A stretch of DNA of 63,740 bases, counting the filler, from Lenisia limosa (lineage: Eukaryota > Protista > Breviatea): the NCBI GenBank assembly GCA_001655205.1. It is 13 parts of 13 records of this genome, joined end to end, with 100 filler letters (N's around TTAATTAATTAA, not from the genome) between each part and the next. Parts side by side here need not be neighbours in the genome. Positions count along the whole stretch, not along the records: positions 12,562 to 26,765 come from LPNZ01010179.1; positions 26,866 to 27,942 come from LPNZ01000001.1; positions 28,043 to 30,218 come from LPNZ01005431.1; positions 30,319 to 44,110 come from LPNZ01001662.1; 9 more parts are not named here. The stretch is one strand, 5' to 3'. The position numbers and the translations under genes were made by a program. The notes beneath the pieces were generated by a model. The model was not told the origin of the DNA and made no database searches. It was given only the letters and a program-made list of their open reading frames with translations. This document shows, piece after piece, positions 21,010 to 33,433 of this stretch. How positions within the stretch are numbered: the stretch's first letter is position 1; each line of letters starts with the position of its first letter.

Positions 21010-24000
21010 TCATAGAATAGTCCCCATGTCAGCAGTAGTGATTGGATTGGTTTGTTGAACCGGATTCAAAGCAGCGGATGATGATCAACTAATTCCACCA
21101 TGCTAGCCAACCATATTTATCACTGGAACTGAAGAATCTTGTTCAGAGGCAAAATTGTACTCTGAAGGGTATCTGTCGATTCTCTCTATGGAGATTATAA
21201 GAGGGAGTTAATACATGACTGGCTTGTTTCAATTAGGCCAAATAATATAATTGGGACACCTAAAGTGGACACACATTACATAAATTTGGGGAAGTGTATC
21301 CCCTTGGGGCCCCGAGATTGTTTTTGAGAAAGGCAATTTTGAGAAAAAATAGATACGGTGGTCTGTAAAAAGGCACGTTTACTTAGCTTTTGAGCTGCTT
21401 TAATAGAAAAACTATGTTTTTAATCTAATAATAATGAAAACAATTCACTTAGTCATTGTAAAAGTTACCCCACAACAATTGTGACCAAATTTTGGTTGGT
21501 CAAATATTCCGATATATTCGGTATTGGACGTGTGAACCAAGTTTAAGAAACACAGCATTATGTGTTGACATAACCGGATTTAGGATTTAATCGGTCTTTG
21601 ACATAGTCTCTGTAAGTATTTGAGTGTGAAACAACAATTTTTTTTTATTTTACCATTGAAAAATAAGTTGAAAACTGACAGTCAAATGATGTTTTTGACA
21701 CATACCCGATATCCAGCTGATTTTTAGCACAATCATTGATTCCAAAGTCTCTTGATACGCAGTTATTGAAATAAGTTCTGGGCTTCTTGGAATAAAAGGT
21801 TTCTGCATGAACACTTGCTATTTTCTTGATCTCTGAAGGTAGATGGTAGTGACTGGTAGTTAATGGGGGCCATTTTTGCTTTGAAAACGGTACTCTCAAA
21901 ACCAACCTTCCTAATGAGGAAACTTACAGTATACACTTACCCGATTAGGAAATTCCGATAAAACTTACCGCATTTGGAAATAAAAATATCGAGTGTAGTA
22001 ATTCAATCGGATTGAAATTCTGACCTTTTTGGGGTGTTTTTTTGGCATTTCACCGTCTGTTTTAAATAAATAGTGGTTAAACTTCTGCCGAAATAATTAT
22101 AGTTGTAAATCTGTGAAATTGGTCGTAGAATATATATCGATATTCTCAAATGCCTGCAAAACCATTTTGAGGCATTTTTAGTATAAACATTGCTGAAACT
22201 ATACAAAAAATCCATCGTCTCACAGTGAGAAGATGGGCCCCAAGTGGATACTTTGATTTTATTTTTAATATTTTTGTCGTGATTTTCCAATAAGAAAAGC
22301 CTAAAGCTGAAGGCGAGGGTTTTTCTGTCGCGGAACTAAAGAGAGCTTTCCCCGCAAGAATATTACAAGTGCACGTATCGTTAGTGGAGTACACGATTTG
22401 CAAGGCTAATATGCCTTAAGAGGCACAAACATGGGCCCAGCACAAACCATCAAAATACACTCCTTCCATCGCTTCAGAAGGGTCCGGAACAAAAGGAGGT
22501 TCGGCAGACAGAGCATTGTCCCAGTCGTAATCCTTGAAGAAGGGATGGGCCTTGATTTGGCAGAAACCTAGGCGTGCGTTATTTCACCCATTGAAATGAT
22601 TTTCAATTAAATGATTTTTGATGGATTGTTACAGTTATTACTTCATGTCACCAGTCAGATGGTGGGACCAACTCGATGACCAGGTAAGTCTTTTGTGAGT
22701 TATAATGTGAACAAAACCTGGTACAACAAATGCGCCACCCTCACCTCGGTAACCAAGTCGTTTGTTCACATTTCGGGTCAAAAGACCGTCAACCAAGCTC
22801 CGAGCCAGCGGACTGATATCCACGTCTTCAGGCCTACAATGTGAGATGCATTTTAAACACTGTGAAGTACATACTAAACACCGTGAAGTACATATTAGGC
22901 ACTGAAACATTCATAATTATAAACAGTGACAGCAGATTGAAATCATGATTGGTGGTGTGCTGAAGTGATGCTTTACGTGAAAAATACATATTATACGGTA
23001 TGCCCCCTTTACCAAGAATAGTCGCCATTAACGATTCGTTCCATGACCAGATGTTGGTTTTGAGCATTGAAGGGCGGAACACCCACAAGAAGCTCGTACG
23101 CTAGCACCCCAAACGACCACCAGTCACTTGCCTGGCCTGTATGATTGTCATTATTCATCGAAAAGAATGAACTGTACAGAATATGTGAAAACAGCCGATT
23201 CTTGGCAAGTCACTGATGAAACATGTATTATGTTATTGGCGATTCACATGTTAGCTACTCTTCATATCAAAAGTTGATTACCCAATCAAACAATTACCAA
23301 TTCTTTGGTCAACTCTAACCTTACATAGGCAAAGTACACCAACTACCTGCAATTTCAGGTGACTGTATCGCCTCGGGTGCCATGTACTCAATTGTTCCGG
23401 CAGCTGTGTTGGAGCGCTCGGTTGGGTCCTTTCGCAGCTCATCATGCCTCTCTAAATGATTACGGTGACGGGTAGCCCAAATTGTGTTCATAAGGGACAG
23501 TGCGGGAACACGAGTTTTAGGTAAATTTAGGTGAAAATTTTAAAGTTCGCATTGGGGCTCCCAACAATTTCACTAAATTTCCGACTATTTAAGTACCACT
23601 CTTGAGTAAGTACTAAAAAAACGTATAATTTGTGGACGTTCCCTAAGTCACTGCCAAATATGCACTAATAACATATAATCACAATCACAATCAAATGAAG
23701 GTATCCTTCCAATATTACAAACCGCAGATTGCTGCTATGAAATAAACACGTATACACTTCACAAATCTACATATGGAAAAACAACAAGAATCCCTTCACT
23801 CTCATCCTGTAACCCTTTGTGTAATTGTAAAACATTTCCTTATCCTTAAACTCGCTCATCCCCACCCTCATCAAGCCCTGAACATGCTAGGCCGAAATCC
23901 GTGAGTTTCAAGTGACCGTCAGAAGCTATGACCACGTTTTCAGGCTAAATGATTATAAGGCGTGACCACGTTTTCAGGTTGAATGGTGATGTATTGCAGT

Positions 24001-26660
24001 TAAATCCATATTAGGTAACAGAACTGTTGACAACACTCCCTAAACATGAGAATTTCCTCCAAAAACTTAAAAAATAGTGATATATTTTCCCACCAAACAT
24101 GCCCACATTAATATCCCCACCAAACATGCCCACTTTGATATCTCGATGCGCCACCCCTGTCCCGTGAAGGTACTCAAGAGCTAGGGCCTGTGAGGGTGAG
24201 TAAAAATGAAAAATTTTGAAGAAACAAAAACAAAAAATCAACTGTTGAAATGAAAATATATTCTCTATGGGATATGATATAAAGATACTTAAGGTGGACT
24301 AATAGAGATTGTTAAAAGTAATAGATTCAAAGTAGAGAAGCACCATACAACAAAACCAATCAAAACTAACAGAGTTTACGCACCAGTATATAATCAACCC
24401 ACCACTTCCGCCAAATAGCTTTTTGCTACGTTTTCATCCAAGCGTCCTAAGTTCTAAATATGGTAATTGCGCTTGTCTAAATATGAATTGCGAACTTCCA
24501 AAGATGGCTCTTGAAAAGGAATTCAAAACAATGAAACCGGGGACCAACCATCTTTAAATAACAACTCAAGCTTATTCAATGCAAACAAACCACTGCATCC
24601 CTATATTCAACCCACTATTGTTCCTGTGCACACAACGCCAACCTTTACCAAAGTCAGCAAGTCCCCCCCGGAGAGAAACTCCATGACCAAGTAGAGGTGG
24701 GCCTGATTACTTGTCAAATTCACGGTTTTGTATGATGTCCATATTGTGTATGGAATATAAATGCGCAAGATATTTTATGATTTGTATGATGTAACATATT
24801 TCTAATCAAAGTAGGTGTTAAACAATTTACGAAAGAGGGGCAGTATCAATATAGTTTATTAATACTTGCAACATGCAGAAAGAATGATAGCACCTCCAAA
24901 ACCTTGGTGTAGAATGAGTAGTAGAGTCTGACAACAAAGGGATTCGAGGCCTTCACCATAACGTGCTGTTCCTCTTTGATGAGACGTGCCTGTGAAGGTG
25001 AAATCTTGGACTGGACAAATGAAGGAAATGGGAATATCAATAATGGTTAAACTATGGATTGCGGGTAATGGGTACAGGTACACCACATAAATCACTCTAC
25101 ACGTAATTGTGAAACTTGTATTTTTCAAAAAAATGAGGAAGCAGGTAGGAAAGGACCTTAAAAGTTTCTATAATTTTTGAAAAGAAAGGAAAAAATGACC
25201 CTCATATCAATAAAACATATCATATGTCTGCTATTACTAAGAGCAGCTGTTTTCTAACCTGTAAGGGCGAAGATAGTCTTGTTTTCTTGAGTACCTGAGG
25301 CGTGAACAAGAGAACAATGGAATGTTATATTTCGTGCCAAAGTTATTACACACTGAGATTGAACTGGCATACCTTTACAGCAAATGTATCACCAGTGTTC
25401 CTCTTGCGGCCTAAAAACACTTTTCTGCGAGGGTAAATCGTGATGATATAGCTAATACAAAATTTGAAATTCCCCCCTTCCCATTCCCCCATNNNNNNNN
25501 NNNNNNNNNNNNNNNNNNNNNNNNNNNNNNNNNNNNNNNNNNNNNNNNNNNNNNNNNNNNNNNNNNNNNNNNNNNNNNNNNNNNNNNNNNNNNNNNNNNN
25601 NNNNNNNNNNNNNNNNNNNNNNNNNATTCGACAGAGGGGGAAGCCTGGGGGTGAGCGGTGAAGTTCCTTTTGAGTGATGATCATAATCACAAAGCTTTAG
25701 TATTGAAACTTGGTTTCCAGGTACATGTCCATTTCATAATGGGGAGGAAAACAGTAGTTTACATTTTTGTAAATAATATCCATTCCGCACTGTAAATAAG
25801 GCCGAGCAAACTCTTATCCGCAATAGCTTGGTAGGCGGACTCTCCCTCCTGAAAGAGCTGCAGTTTGTGGTCAATCTGCAAGGGGTAAATATTTGCCAAA
25901 GAAATATTAAGATGCGAAATTTATGCATAATTTATGCATAATTTATTTGAAAATAAAAATGTTCTTAATTTCACTGAAACACTATTTTAGCTATTTTAGT
26001 GCAATAAAGTGGAAGTTAAACTGTCTTTAAAATTGTAATTCATATGTTATTCATAATAGAAAGATCTTTTACGGCTGTTTTAAAATAAGGAAAGCTGACA
26101 AGAGAGATACTTTCAGTTTACCTCATTCCTCGCTATAGGTTTAATAAAACCTGTTTAAAATTGGTAGGTGAGGTTAATATGGATATTATGATAAAGGGAA
26201 TTCCAACAAACCAAAGCAGTGAGCCGTGACAGGTAACTTTTTAGTCGAAGCACTACATTACCCATTCCACTAAGTTGCGAATCCATCTAAGTTGTCAAGT
26301 TGTAAGATACATTACTTGTGAAATGAAATATGATTGTGGACACAATTGAAAGTCAAACTCAACTACTCACTTTGATCAAAAGATTGACTTAAGTCATGCC
26401 AAAGATAGAATGGTCATGCTTTCTCCCAATTCCCTGTATCCTCTTCAGATACCCGCTCCACTTCGGTTCGAAAAAGTCCGGAATTCAGTCTTTTTCGAAC
26501 CAAAGTGAAGCCATACGGCAAAGACCTCTCACATATAATGGGCTGTTTGCTTGTAATCTCTCACATGTAATGGGCTGTTTGAAGTGGTGGTGATCATTGA
26601 TTTTGAGAAGGGACTGTTACTTCCACAAGAACGATCGGATGTTGCTCGGCGCATGGTGTC
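21010..26660 (-). CDS. AGC-group Ser/Thr kinase, MAST/Greatwall/Rim15/IRE-like
   Basis: Exons give KVFLGRKRNTGDTFAVK / SNPFVVRLYYSF / HLYLVMEFLSGGDL / ALEYLHGTGVAHRDIK / PENVVIASDGHLKLTDFGLA / AAGTIEYMAPE / SDWWSFGVLAYELLVGVPPF / IKAHPFFKDYDW..PPFVP. The Gly-rich loop falls in the N run at 25493-25625. Both ends are approximate. Confidence 0.92.
21234..22303. mobile_element. Degenerate about 1.07 kb non-autonomous TIR element in a kinase intron
   Basis: Ends TAGGC and GCCTA; subterminal inverted match GTATCCCCTTGGGGCCC (about 21296-21314) versus GGGCCCCAAGTGGATAC (about 22235-22251). No transposase ORF inside. Confidence 0.4.
26453..26516. mobile_element. MITE-like family 1 copy (internally deleted hairpin)
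   Basis: CACTTCGGTTCGAAAAAG...CTTTTTCGAACCAAAGTGAAGCC. Confidence 0.65.
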
Positions 26661-26879
26661 GGCTAAGGGGGTAACTATGTGTGTTGTACGCTAGGGGGAG
26701 TAAAAGAAGGGGAAATACCTGACTAAAGGGGAGTAAAACGAAGGGGAAATACCTGACTAAAGGGGNNNNNNNNNNNNNNNNNNNNNNNNNNNNNNNNNNN
26801 NNNNNNNNNTTAATTAATTAANNNNNNNNNNNNNNNNNNNNNNNNNNNNNNNNNNNNNNNNNNNNAAATGCTCTACAAG

Positions 26880-26972
26880 TAGGGCTTCACTTGGGTTTGA
26901 AATACCAGTAAATTATCGATAGTTTTCGTAGATTAATCGAGAAAGTCTTTTTTGAACCGAAGTGACGGCCTA
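26880..26972. mobile_element. MITE-like family 1 copy
   Basis: TAGGGCTTCACTTGGGTTTGAAA...TTTTGAACCGAAGTGACGGCCTA. Confidence 0.75.
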
Positions 26973-27028
26973 TCTGCAAGGGGAAGAAGGTCACACTGAT
27001 TTAGTTTTACTATAACAATACATGTTGA

Positions 27029-27900
27029 GCCTCTGCGGTATCTTCATATCCAGCTTATCATTGTAGGCACTAATATTCTGCTCAATCTTGGTATTGACAT
27101 GCATCGCAACACTATCATTCTTATCTTTGGTTTGCTAGCTGCAAGGGGCTGTCTGAGTGACTGGAAGGTTCTGTTTCTCTTGATTTTTCAAAATCATTTT
27201 AGGGTCATGTATAAGTTTCAGAATTCCTCTTTTTTTGAGTATGATGTCATGCCCATGTTTGCACATTCATAATATGATACCAATCGCATCAAATGTGAAT
27301 TGAAATATTAAGACAGCGATTTGTCCAAAGTCAGCACTTGAATGACTTTCATAGGATTTGGCTTTGTTCTCCCTCTGACGCTGTTTAAGTGAGAGGGATG
27401 CTGTTACTAAATCTAAGAGAGGGGTGGGGTAACTACGTTTGAACTCCAACAGTACATTACTATTGTATTCATTTTTGATCAAGTTGAATGAATAATACTT
27501 CTTTATTGTAAAGGAACATCGTTTCTCAAATGGCAAAACGTCAGAGTACTAGTCAAACCTCAACTCTGTATATTTTTGATATTATCACATCTTGCATATG
27601 TCAATATCTCTAGATGATATTATGTATGTATATCTTGATTGATAATATCACGTTTCACACTCAACATAGCGATATACAATAATATCTACATTGTGACCTT
27701 CAAGGTCAGTTAATGCCTTACGTTTTACCTCGTTTTTCGCGTTCACTTTCATTCTGTACTACGTTTGCTCTGCCAGTATTGACTCTTTTATCCAGGTATG
27801 GGGGCATTTTGAGACATTTCACGACAAATCCTCAATAAACATCAATATTTTGACAGTCTCTTTTGGGAAGCTTGTGGTAATCCTTGATGGTGTAATCATG
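27029..27900 (-). CDS. Putative exons, possibly the N-terminal region of the AGC kinase (separated from it by a linker)
   Basis: Open segments such as QTKDKNDSVAMHVNTKIEQNISAYNDKLDMKIPQRLN and LDLVTASLSLKQRQRENKAKSYESHSSADF. No family recognised. Confidence 0.3.
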
Positions 27901-28289
27901 ACAAGCACACTTCTTAATTTCAAGTATATCCCCCCCCCCCCCNNNNNNNNNNNNNNNNNNNNNNNNNNNNNNNNNNNNNNNNNNNNTTAATTAATTAANN
28001 NNNNNNNNNNNNNNNNNNNNNNNNNNNNNNNNNNNNNNNNNNACCCTAGAAAACCCTAGATTTTATTAAAATACCAACACAACTGTCTAGGAAATTAATA
28101 AATTAAAAAAAAAGCCAGAACTTTAGTGAGAATTAGCAGATCTACAAATTTCAACACCTATCAGCAAGAGGTAGTTTCGATTTTGAAATAAGGAAAAAGT
28201 CATGGAACAGATTACTTTCCAGCAAACGCAGAGGGAAGGCAAAGGAAGGCACTGAAAAAATTGAAATTTGAAAAAACAATAATCTGGGC

Positions 28290-30218
28290 TCAATGAGTCC
28301 CTCCCTCGCGATGCTTATCGCCGTATTGACACCGATGGCAATTTTTCAGTCGTATTCTCAGGAGAACATCTCAGAAAAGCACAAGCCCGCTTCACCAAAG
28401 ACCCTCAAAGTGTCTTGTACAGGCCATCATGTGGGCGACATACAATCGATCCGCAGCTGTGATTAAGACGAAAGACGTCTTCAAAACTTCAAAATAGGTT
28501 TGTGGAGGGATTTTCACTGTTATTCTGGCTTATCGTTATAGTTAGGCACTCAATGACCCAAAATGAAGATGTTAACACACTTCAATATCATGATAATGCA
28601 AAGAAGGCCTCTGAAACCATGACTGAAGCCTACCCTCCTGGAGCTGACGACCCTGATGACAACAGAAGGGCTCAGACCCAGGTTTGTCGAGCTCAACATA
28701 TTGATTCAACAAGCATTTGGGATAAGCGATAAAACAAAAATGTATGATCACCCCCCCCCCCTGTTACGTTTATCTTAATACTTTAGCCAGAAGAAGTAGT
28801 TAAGCTTTCAATTCAATAGCGGAAAACGGCTGTATTCACATGCCCATCATGCAATTCGCTCTCTTGGCCGAAACAAGTAGAAGGCTGTGGCTGCCTATGG
28901 AGTTACAGCTGCACGACATGGACGTGATAGAAACTTCGACAAAGACTTGTCAATAATTCGAAGATGGGGTTTTTATTCACCAACAGTTGACAATAAATGC
29001 TTTTACTTTCTGAAATATTGCTTTCTGGTTCCAACAATTCTACCATTTTCAGATATTCTTTCAACAAGTCTGTTCTATTTTTTATACTTCCCTCAGGTCT
29101 CGAAGTTCTCCAAGAGCCATATGATGACTTCAACACCTACTACATGAAAGCGAAAGCACAACTTGATGGTAAGGTCTTCACGACTCTTACCAAGGTGGGA
29201 AGAATAATTCAATTTGCTACGGTACTCCGATGTCTTATAACGCGCCATTTTGCTTGTTGTATTAGGATCTTCAAGAAGAGAATGACGACAATTTTGATGA
29301 ACTTATGAAGACCAGCAATGAACTTCTCACTCAGTCAGTCCCAGACGTTCCTTTTTCTGCAATTGTATGAGGGGTTTTCCTTTTTTCGTTCTTTGGTGAC
29401 TAAACGAAACTCAACACTTCAAGCTTCCTTCGTTCCCTGTATCAGCCCGACAATCGCACAGCTCCTCAAATCTGCCTTTATTAATAAATCTGGTGTCTTC
29501 CCAACATTCACCACCAAGTCAACTCCCCTCAGCCATGTGACCTTCCGCACTGCACATCGTGAAAAGGTTTCTTTGGCCAATTTTACCCGTGAAGTTGCAC
29601 ATCAGTCAGCCAAAGAGTTTCCACATCATTACAGCAGGATGATGAGGGTGGTGTCCCCGACAGTGAAAAGAGCTTTATGCTTGGCGTCGCCTCATTTGCC
29701 TTCATGGTACACCGCAACTCAGACACTACAAAGGATCTTTTGCGCTGTGTAGAAGGAGCACTTCTTTCACAAAGCCAGTTGTCTTCTTCTTTTGCTTCGC
29801 TGTAGCTAATTGTATCACCAAAACCGCGTCTATTGGACCGGTCACAGAAGGTCTTCCTTCATTCGACATCGTACCTGTTAACAAGGTTTGCTTTTCATTA
29901 TCTTCCTCTTTTTTGCATTTAAGAGTTTTACATAGATTCAAGTAAACATCAGTGCTTTGAGATACTTCACTTACTCAACAGGGTGAACGCGTTGTTTCGA
30001 TCAAGCCTGGGGAAGTTGTTAGTCATGAGAAATGCTCGTGTTGATACTTCTAACGGAATGCTATGCGGTCATCAGGTTTGTTGAGTCATTAAAATGGTCG
30101 AATCAATTAACTACTTCGGTTTAGATGGAAATACAATCACCAGTTAATATTTCAGGTTCTCTTCACCGACTTGCTCGGCGCCCAGGAGCCCACCAAGCAC
30201 GCTACTGATCGTCTCAAG
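28290..30218 (+). CDS. Uncharacterised multi-exon protein (fragment between linkers)
   Basis: Exons include AVAAYGVTAARHGRLEVLQEPYDDFNTYYMKAKAQLDGKVFTTLTK / DLQEENDDNFDELMK / PTIAQLLKSAFINKSGVFPTFTTKS / DDEGGVPDSEKSFMLGVASFAFMVHRNS / VLFTDLLGAQEPTKH, with canonical splice sites. Confidence 0.6.
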
Positions 30219-30409
30219 NNNNNNNNNNNNNNNNNNNNNNNNNNNNNNNNNNNNNNNNNNNNTTAATTAATTAANNNNNNNNNNNNNNNNNNNNNNNNNN
30301 NNNNNNNNNNNNNNNNNNAGATGTGGGGGTGGGGGGGGGGCTATGTATGATCTGTGGGATGATTCATTGATTCAATAATGAGTGAGAGGTTTCACACTGC
30401 AGCAAACTC

Positions 30410-31579
30410 CCTTCTCTCCCTGAACGCACCAAAACTTTGAGAGACCGACAAGAGGTTTGAAGGGCTTTTCTCTCTTCTATTCTCTTCTCAACTCTGCTCT
30501 TCTTTTCTCTTCTGTTCTCTTGTGTTTTTTTCTTTCTTCGAATATTCTGACTGGTCAGCAATCACGGCCGCGCGCTCCTGCGGCGGAGCCCTATGTCCAA
30601 GGCCAGAGCTCGGAGTGGGACTTCCCGGAGAAAGGCAAGAGCGTCGTGTTTGCCAAAAACGTTGACGAAGAGAGCGAACCGACAAAGGACGAAGTCAAGA
30701 AGGGGCGGTGGGGGAGGGGGGCTTAAACAGTCTAATCTCCTATGATATTTTTCACATTTTTAGTTTTGTTGTTTCTGAGCCGATGGAAGATATCAGCGAT
30801 TCAGATGACGGTGAAGAAGCGAAGAAGCCAGATGAGGTGAGTACCGCGGATATTGATCAATTAACAATACAGCATTCTGAAAACGAAGAAGAGGAGGAGG
30901 AAGAAGACGATAAGAACGCGGGTGTCATGAGATTGGTAAGCTTCACCTAACTAAATTGATTGCATTTTTTACACACCAACGCTTTTTTGTCTCATATGGA
31001 ACCAATGGGGATATTTCTTTAACGCTGTAGCTTTTGGAGCTCCTAGAAAGATCACAAGTCCAAGGTCAAATGCTCCAGTCTGCCATGCCAAAGGGACTTG
31101 GTGGTGAGGAACAACCCCTAAGCAACAAAATGGTAAGCTATGCAGTGCAATAATAAGATTACAAAAACATATTATCGAACCTATTTATTTCCATATCATT
31201 GAAAACATATGATATTTTACTTCTTTAAGCCTTTCTGATTAATTCTGGTTGTTACACATGTATCCTTGGGACTGTTTTGACATTTCAGGCTCAACTTGCT
31301 GCTGAAGCGCAAAAGTTGGAGAACAGGGTTCAAGAACTTGAAAACGAAAACAAGCTCTTGAAGGAGACCTTGATACAGCATTCGATTGCGCTTCCGATCG
31401 CTTTGGAACACGAGGAAGAGAGCGGGTCTGAGAAAGGTGAAGCCTCGGATGTTGAGGCGAAGGAGGCCATTTCGGCTGAAGACAGTGTTCATTCGTCTGA
31501 TGATGTAAGCGTCTACTTTCAACTTTGGGCTCTTTTTTTTCTCTCCTTTTTTTGTTATTTGATTTATTTAGGAGATCTA
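30410..31579 (+). CDS. Acidic low-complexity / coiled-coil protein, 3' part
   Basis: Exons EPMEDISDSDDGEEAKKPDE..EEEEEEEDDK and AQLAAEAQKLENRVQELENENKLLKETL (heptad pattern), with a probable stop near 31579. Confidence 0.6.
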
Positions 31580-31676
31580 GTCGCGCGGTAGTGTGTGTTT
31601 CCTTTTTTGAAATTTACTGTTTATTTAACATAAAGACAGGGGTGAGAAACAATAATGGTACATGAGAAAAAGAGAT

Positions 31677-33135
31677 CTAAGACCAGCGCTTCTTGCCGCG
31701 GGTGAAGGGAACGTAATGGTACTTAACCATATGCTGTATCCGCTGACGCAGAGTCACAAATGCCAGGAAGCCGAAGTAGATCAATAAGATCGGGGTGTAG
31801 ACCTACACCATCAACACTGCGCAAATGACGACATGCACAGGAGTCATACAACATGCCATTCTTACAGGGATGTCAAGGAATGTGAACATGACCAAAACTA
31901 GACAGACTGCAAGCATGCCAGTGATTTTCTTCCTGGAACATCAACGCTGGGGTTTGTGGAATTCCAAAAAGGAAACAAATCAAAAAATTCAATAATCCAG
32001 TAGCTGATGAACACATTTTAAGTCAGTTTCCCCAGTTACCAAAAAGAAAACTCAGGGAGTTTCCTCACAAATGGACGGAATTCATCATCCTAAGTTGTAA
32101 ATAGTGTATAGGTTGTGGAGATGAATTAATTGTGTATACTCTATGAATGTTATATAATGCCATAAAGCAGAACCATTATTCTCTCCGTCCCTTAACTGTC
32201 TGACTATACCAAGCCCGAGCCGCTACCCACAATTCTATCCGGAAGAACTGGACCATCCTCTCCGTCATCTCCCATCATATCCTGAAGGGTCATCAAAAAG
32301 ACGGGGTTGTTCATTTTTTTTAACAATTGTATAATATCATTTGATTGAGGGTTTATAGGAATTCATTTAAATTACGCCACAGTGAAGCCCAAAACACATA
32401 CCAGAGCAGGGTCATGCTGAGGGGCCAAAAAGAGTAACAGGTTCGACAAAGTGTGGATGNNNNNNNNNNNNNNNNNNNNNNNNNNNNNNNNNNNNNNNNN
32501 NNNNNNNNNNNNNNNNNNNNNNNNNNNNNNNNNNNNNNNNNNNNNNNNTGGCGAAGCCGCCGTAGGAAATAACGCGGTAAAGGTAGAGTACAAGCAACAC
32601 TGCGGTAGTTACCCATCTAAGAGGTGAATCAGCGGGGTTTGACTGTGATAAATATCTTCGTGTATCCATATTCCTAGTCTCAACCGTACCTTGGGATCTT
32701 GAGAGGGGCAATGCGGTCGAGGAAGTTGTTGAGGAACTGTGCTTGTTGAGCAGCCACTCCAAATGAAGTGTTGTCGTTAGCCATGGCATCTTCAAAAGCT
32801 GGGCGTGGGGCAAAGCCTTCATTCTACAATGTCAACATAGAATTCACACAAGCTACAACCAATCAAAACTGCTTTTATATATTGGACCTTGCTCTTTTAG
32901 TTTTCATCTATCAACATAGAATGTGTGGCAACATGTAATAAAAGTTAACACTTCGCTCCTTTCGTTCCCAGAATGACATCATGATAGGAAAACCAACCGG
33001 AATTAGGTTCTCCGACTCTGTTGACTCGTTGACTTGATTCATATCACCAGTATCGTACGTTTGGTCCGGCATTGGTGGTTCCTGAGGCTCTTGGAGTGTC
33101 TCAGTGAGAGGAGTCTCGAAAGGGTCATTCATCAT
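31677..33135 (-). CDS. RER1: Retention in ER protein RER1
   Basis: Exons give ..FLDRIAPLKIPRWVTTAVLLVLYLYRVISYGGF..SNLLLFLAPQHDPAL..DGPVLP..DEFRPFVRKLPEFSFW..FLDIPVYTPILLIYF..LRQRIQHMVKYHYVPFTRGKKRWS, ending at TAG 31677-31679. Confidence 0.95.
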
Positions 33136-33433
33136 GTCTTCTTCAGAATTATTCATCTTACTTCTTTACTCGATATTACCCCAATATAATATTTACTGTT
33201 TTGACCAAAATCCAGCCAAAATCTGGCCAAAGTTTCCCAAAGGAGGTAAAAGATATATACACCCATGCCAAAATCTGTCCAAATAATATAAGTATTCTGG
33301 GGGATGGGGAAATGGTTTCCCATTGAGTTTCCATTTTGTTGAAAAACTGAAGAACTGAAGAAGAAAAGTGTGTACACACAGCAACAGAGATTCAGAGCTT
33401 GAGGAGCAAATAGTATTTTTTTAGTGAATTGCA

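Noticed and set aside
28460-28462. In-frame TGA suggesting selenocysteine or stop-codon reassignment
   Set aside because: A 37-nt GT-AG intron spanning it restores the frame, and TGA, TAG and TAA all serve as normal stops in the conserved genes.
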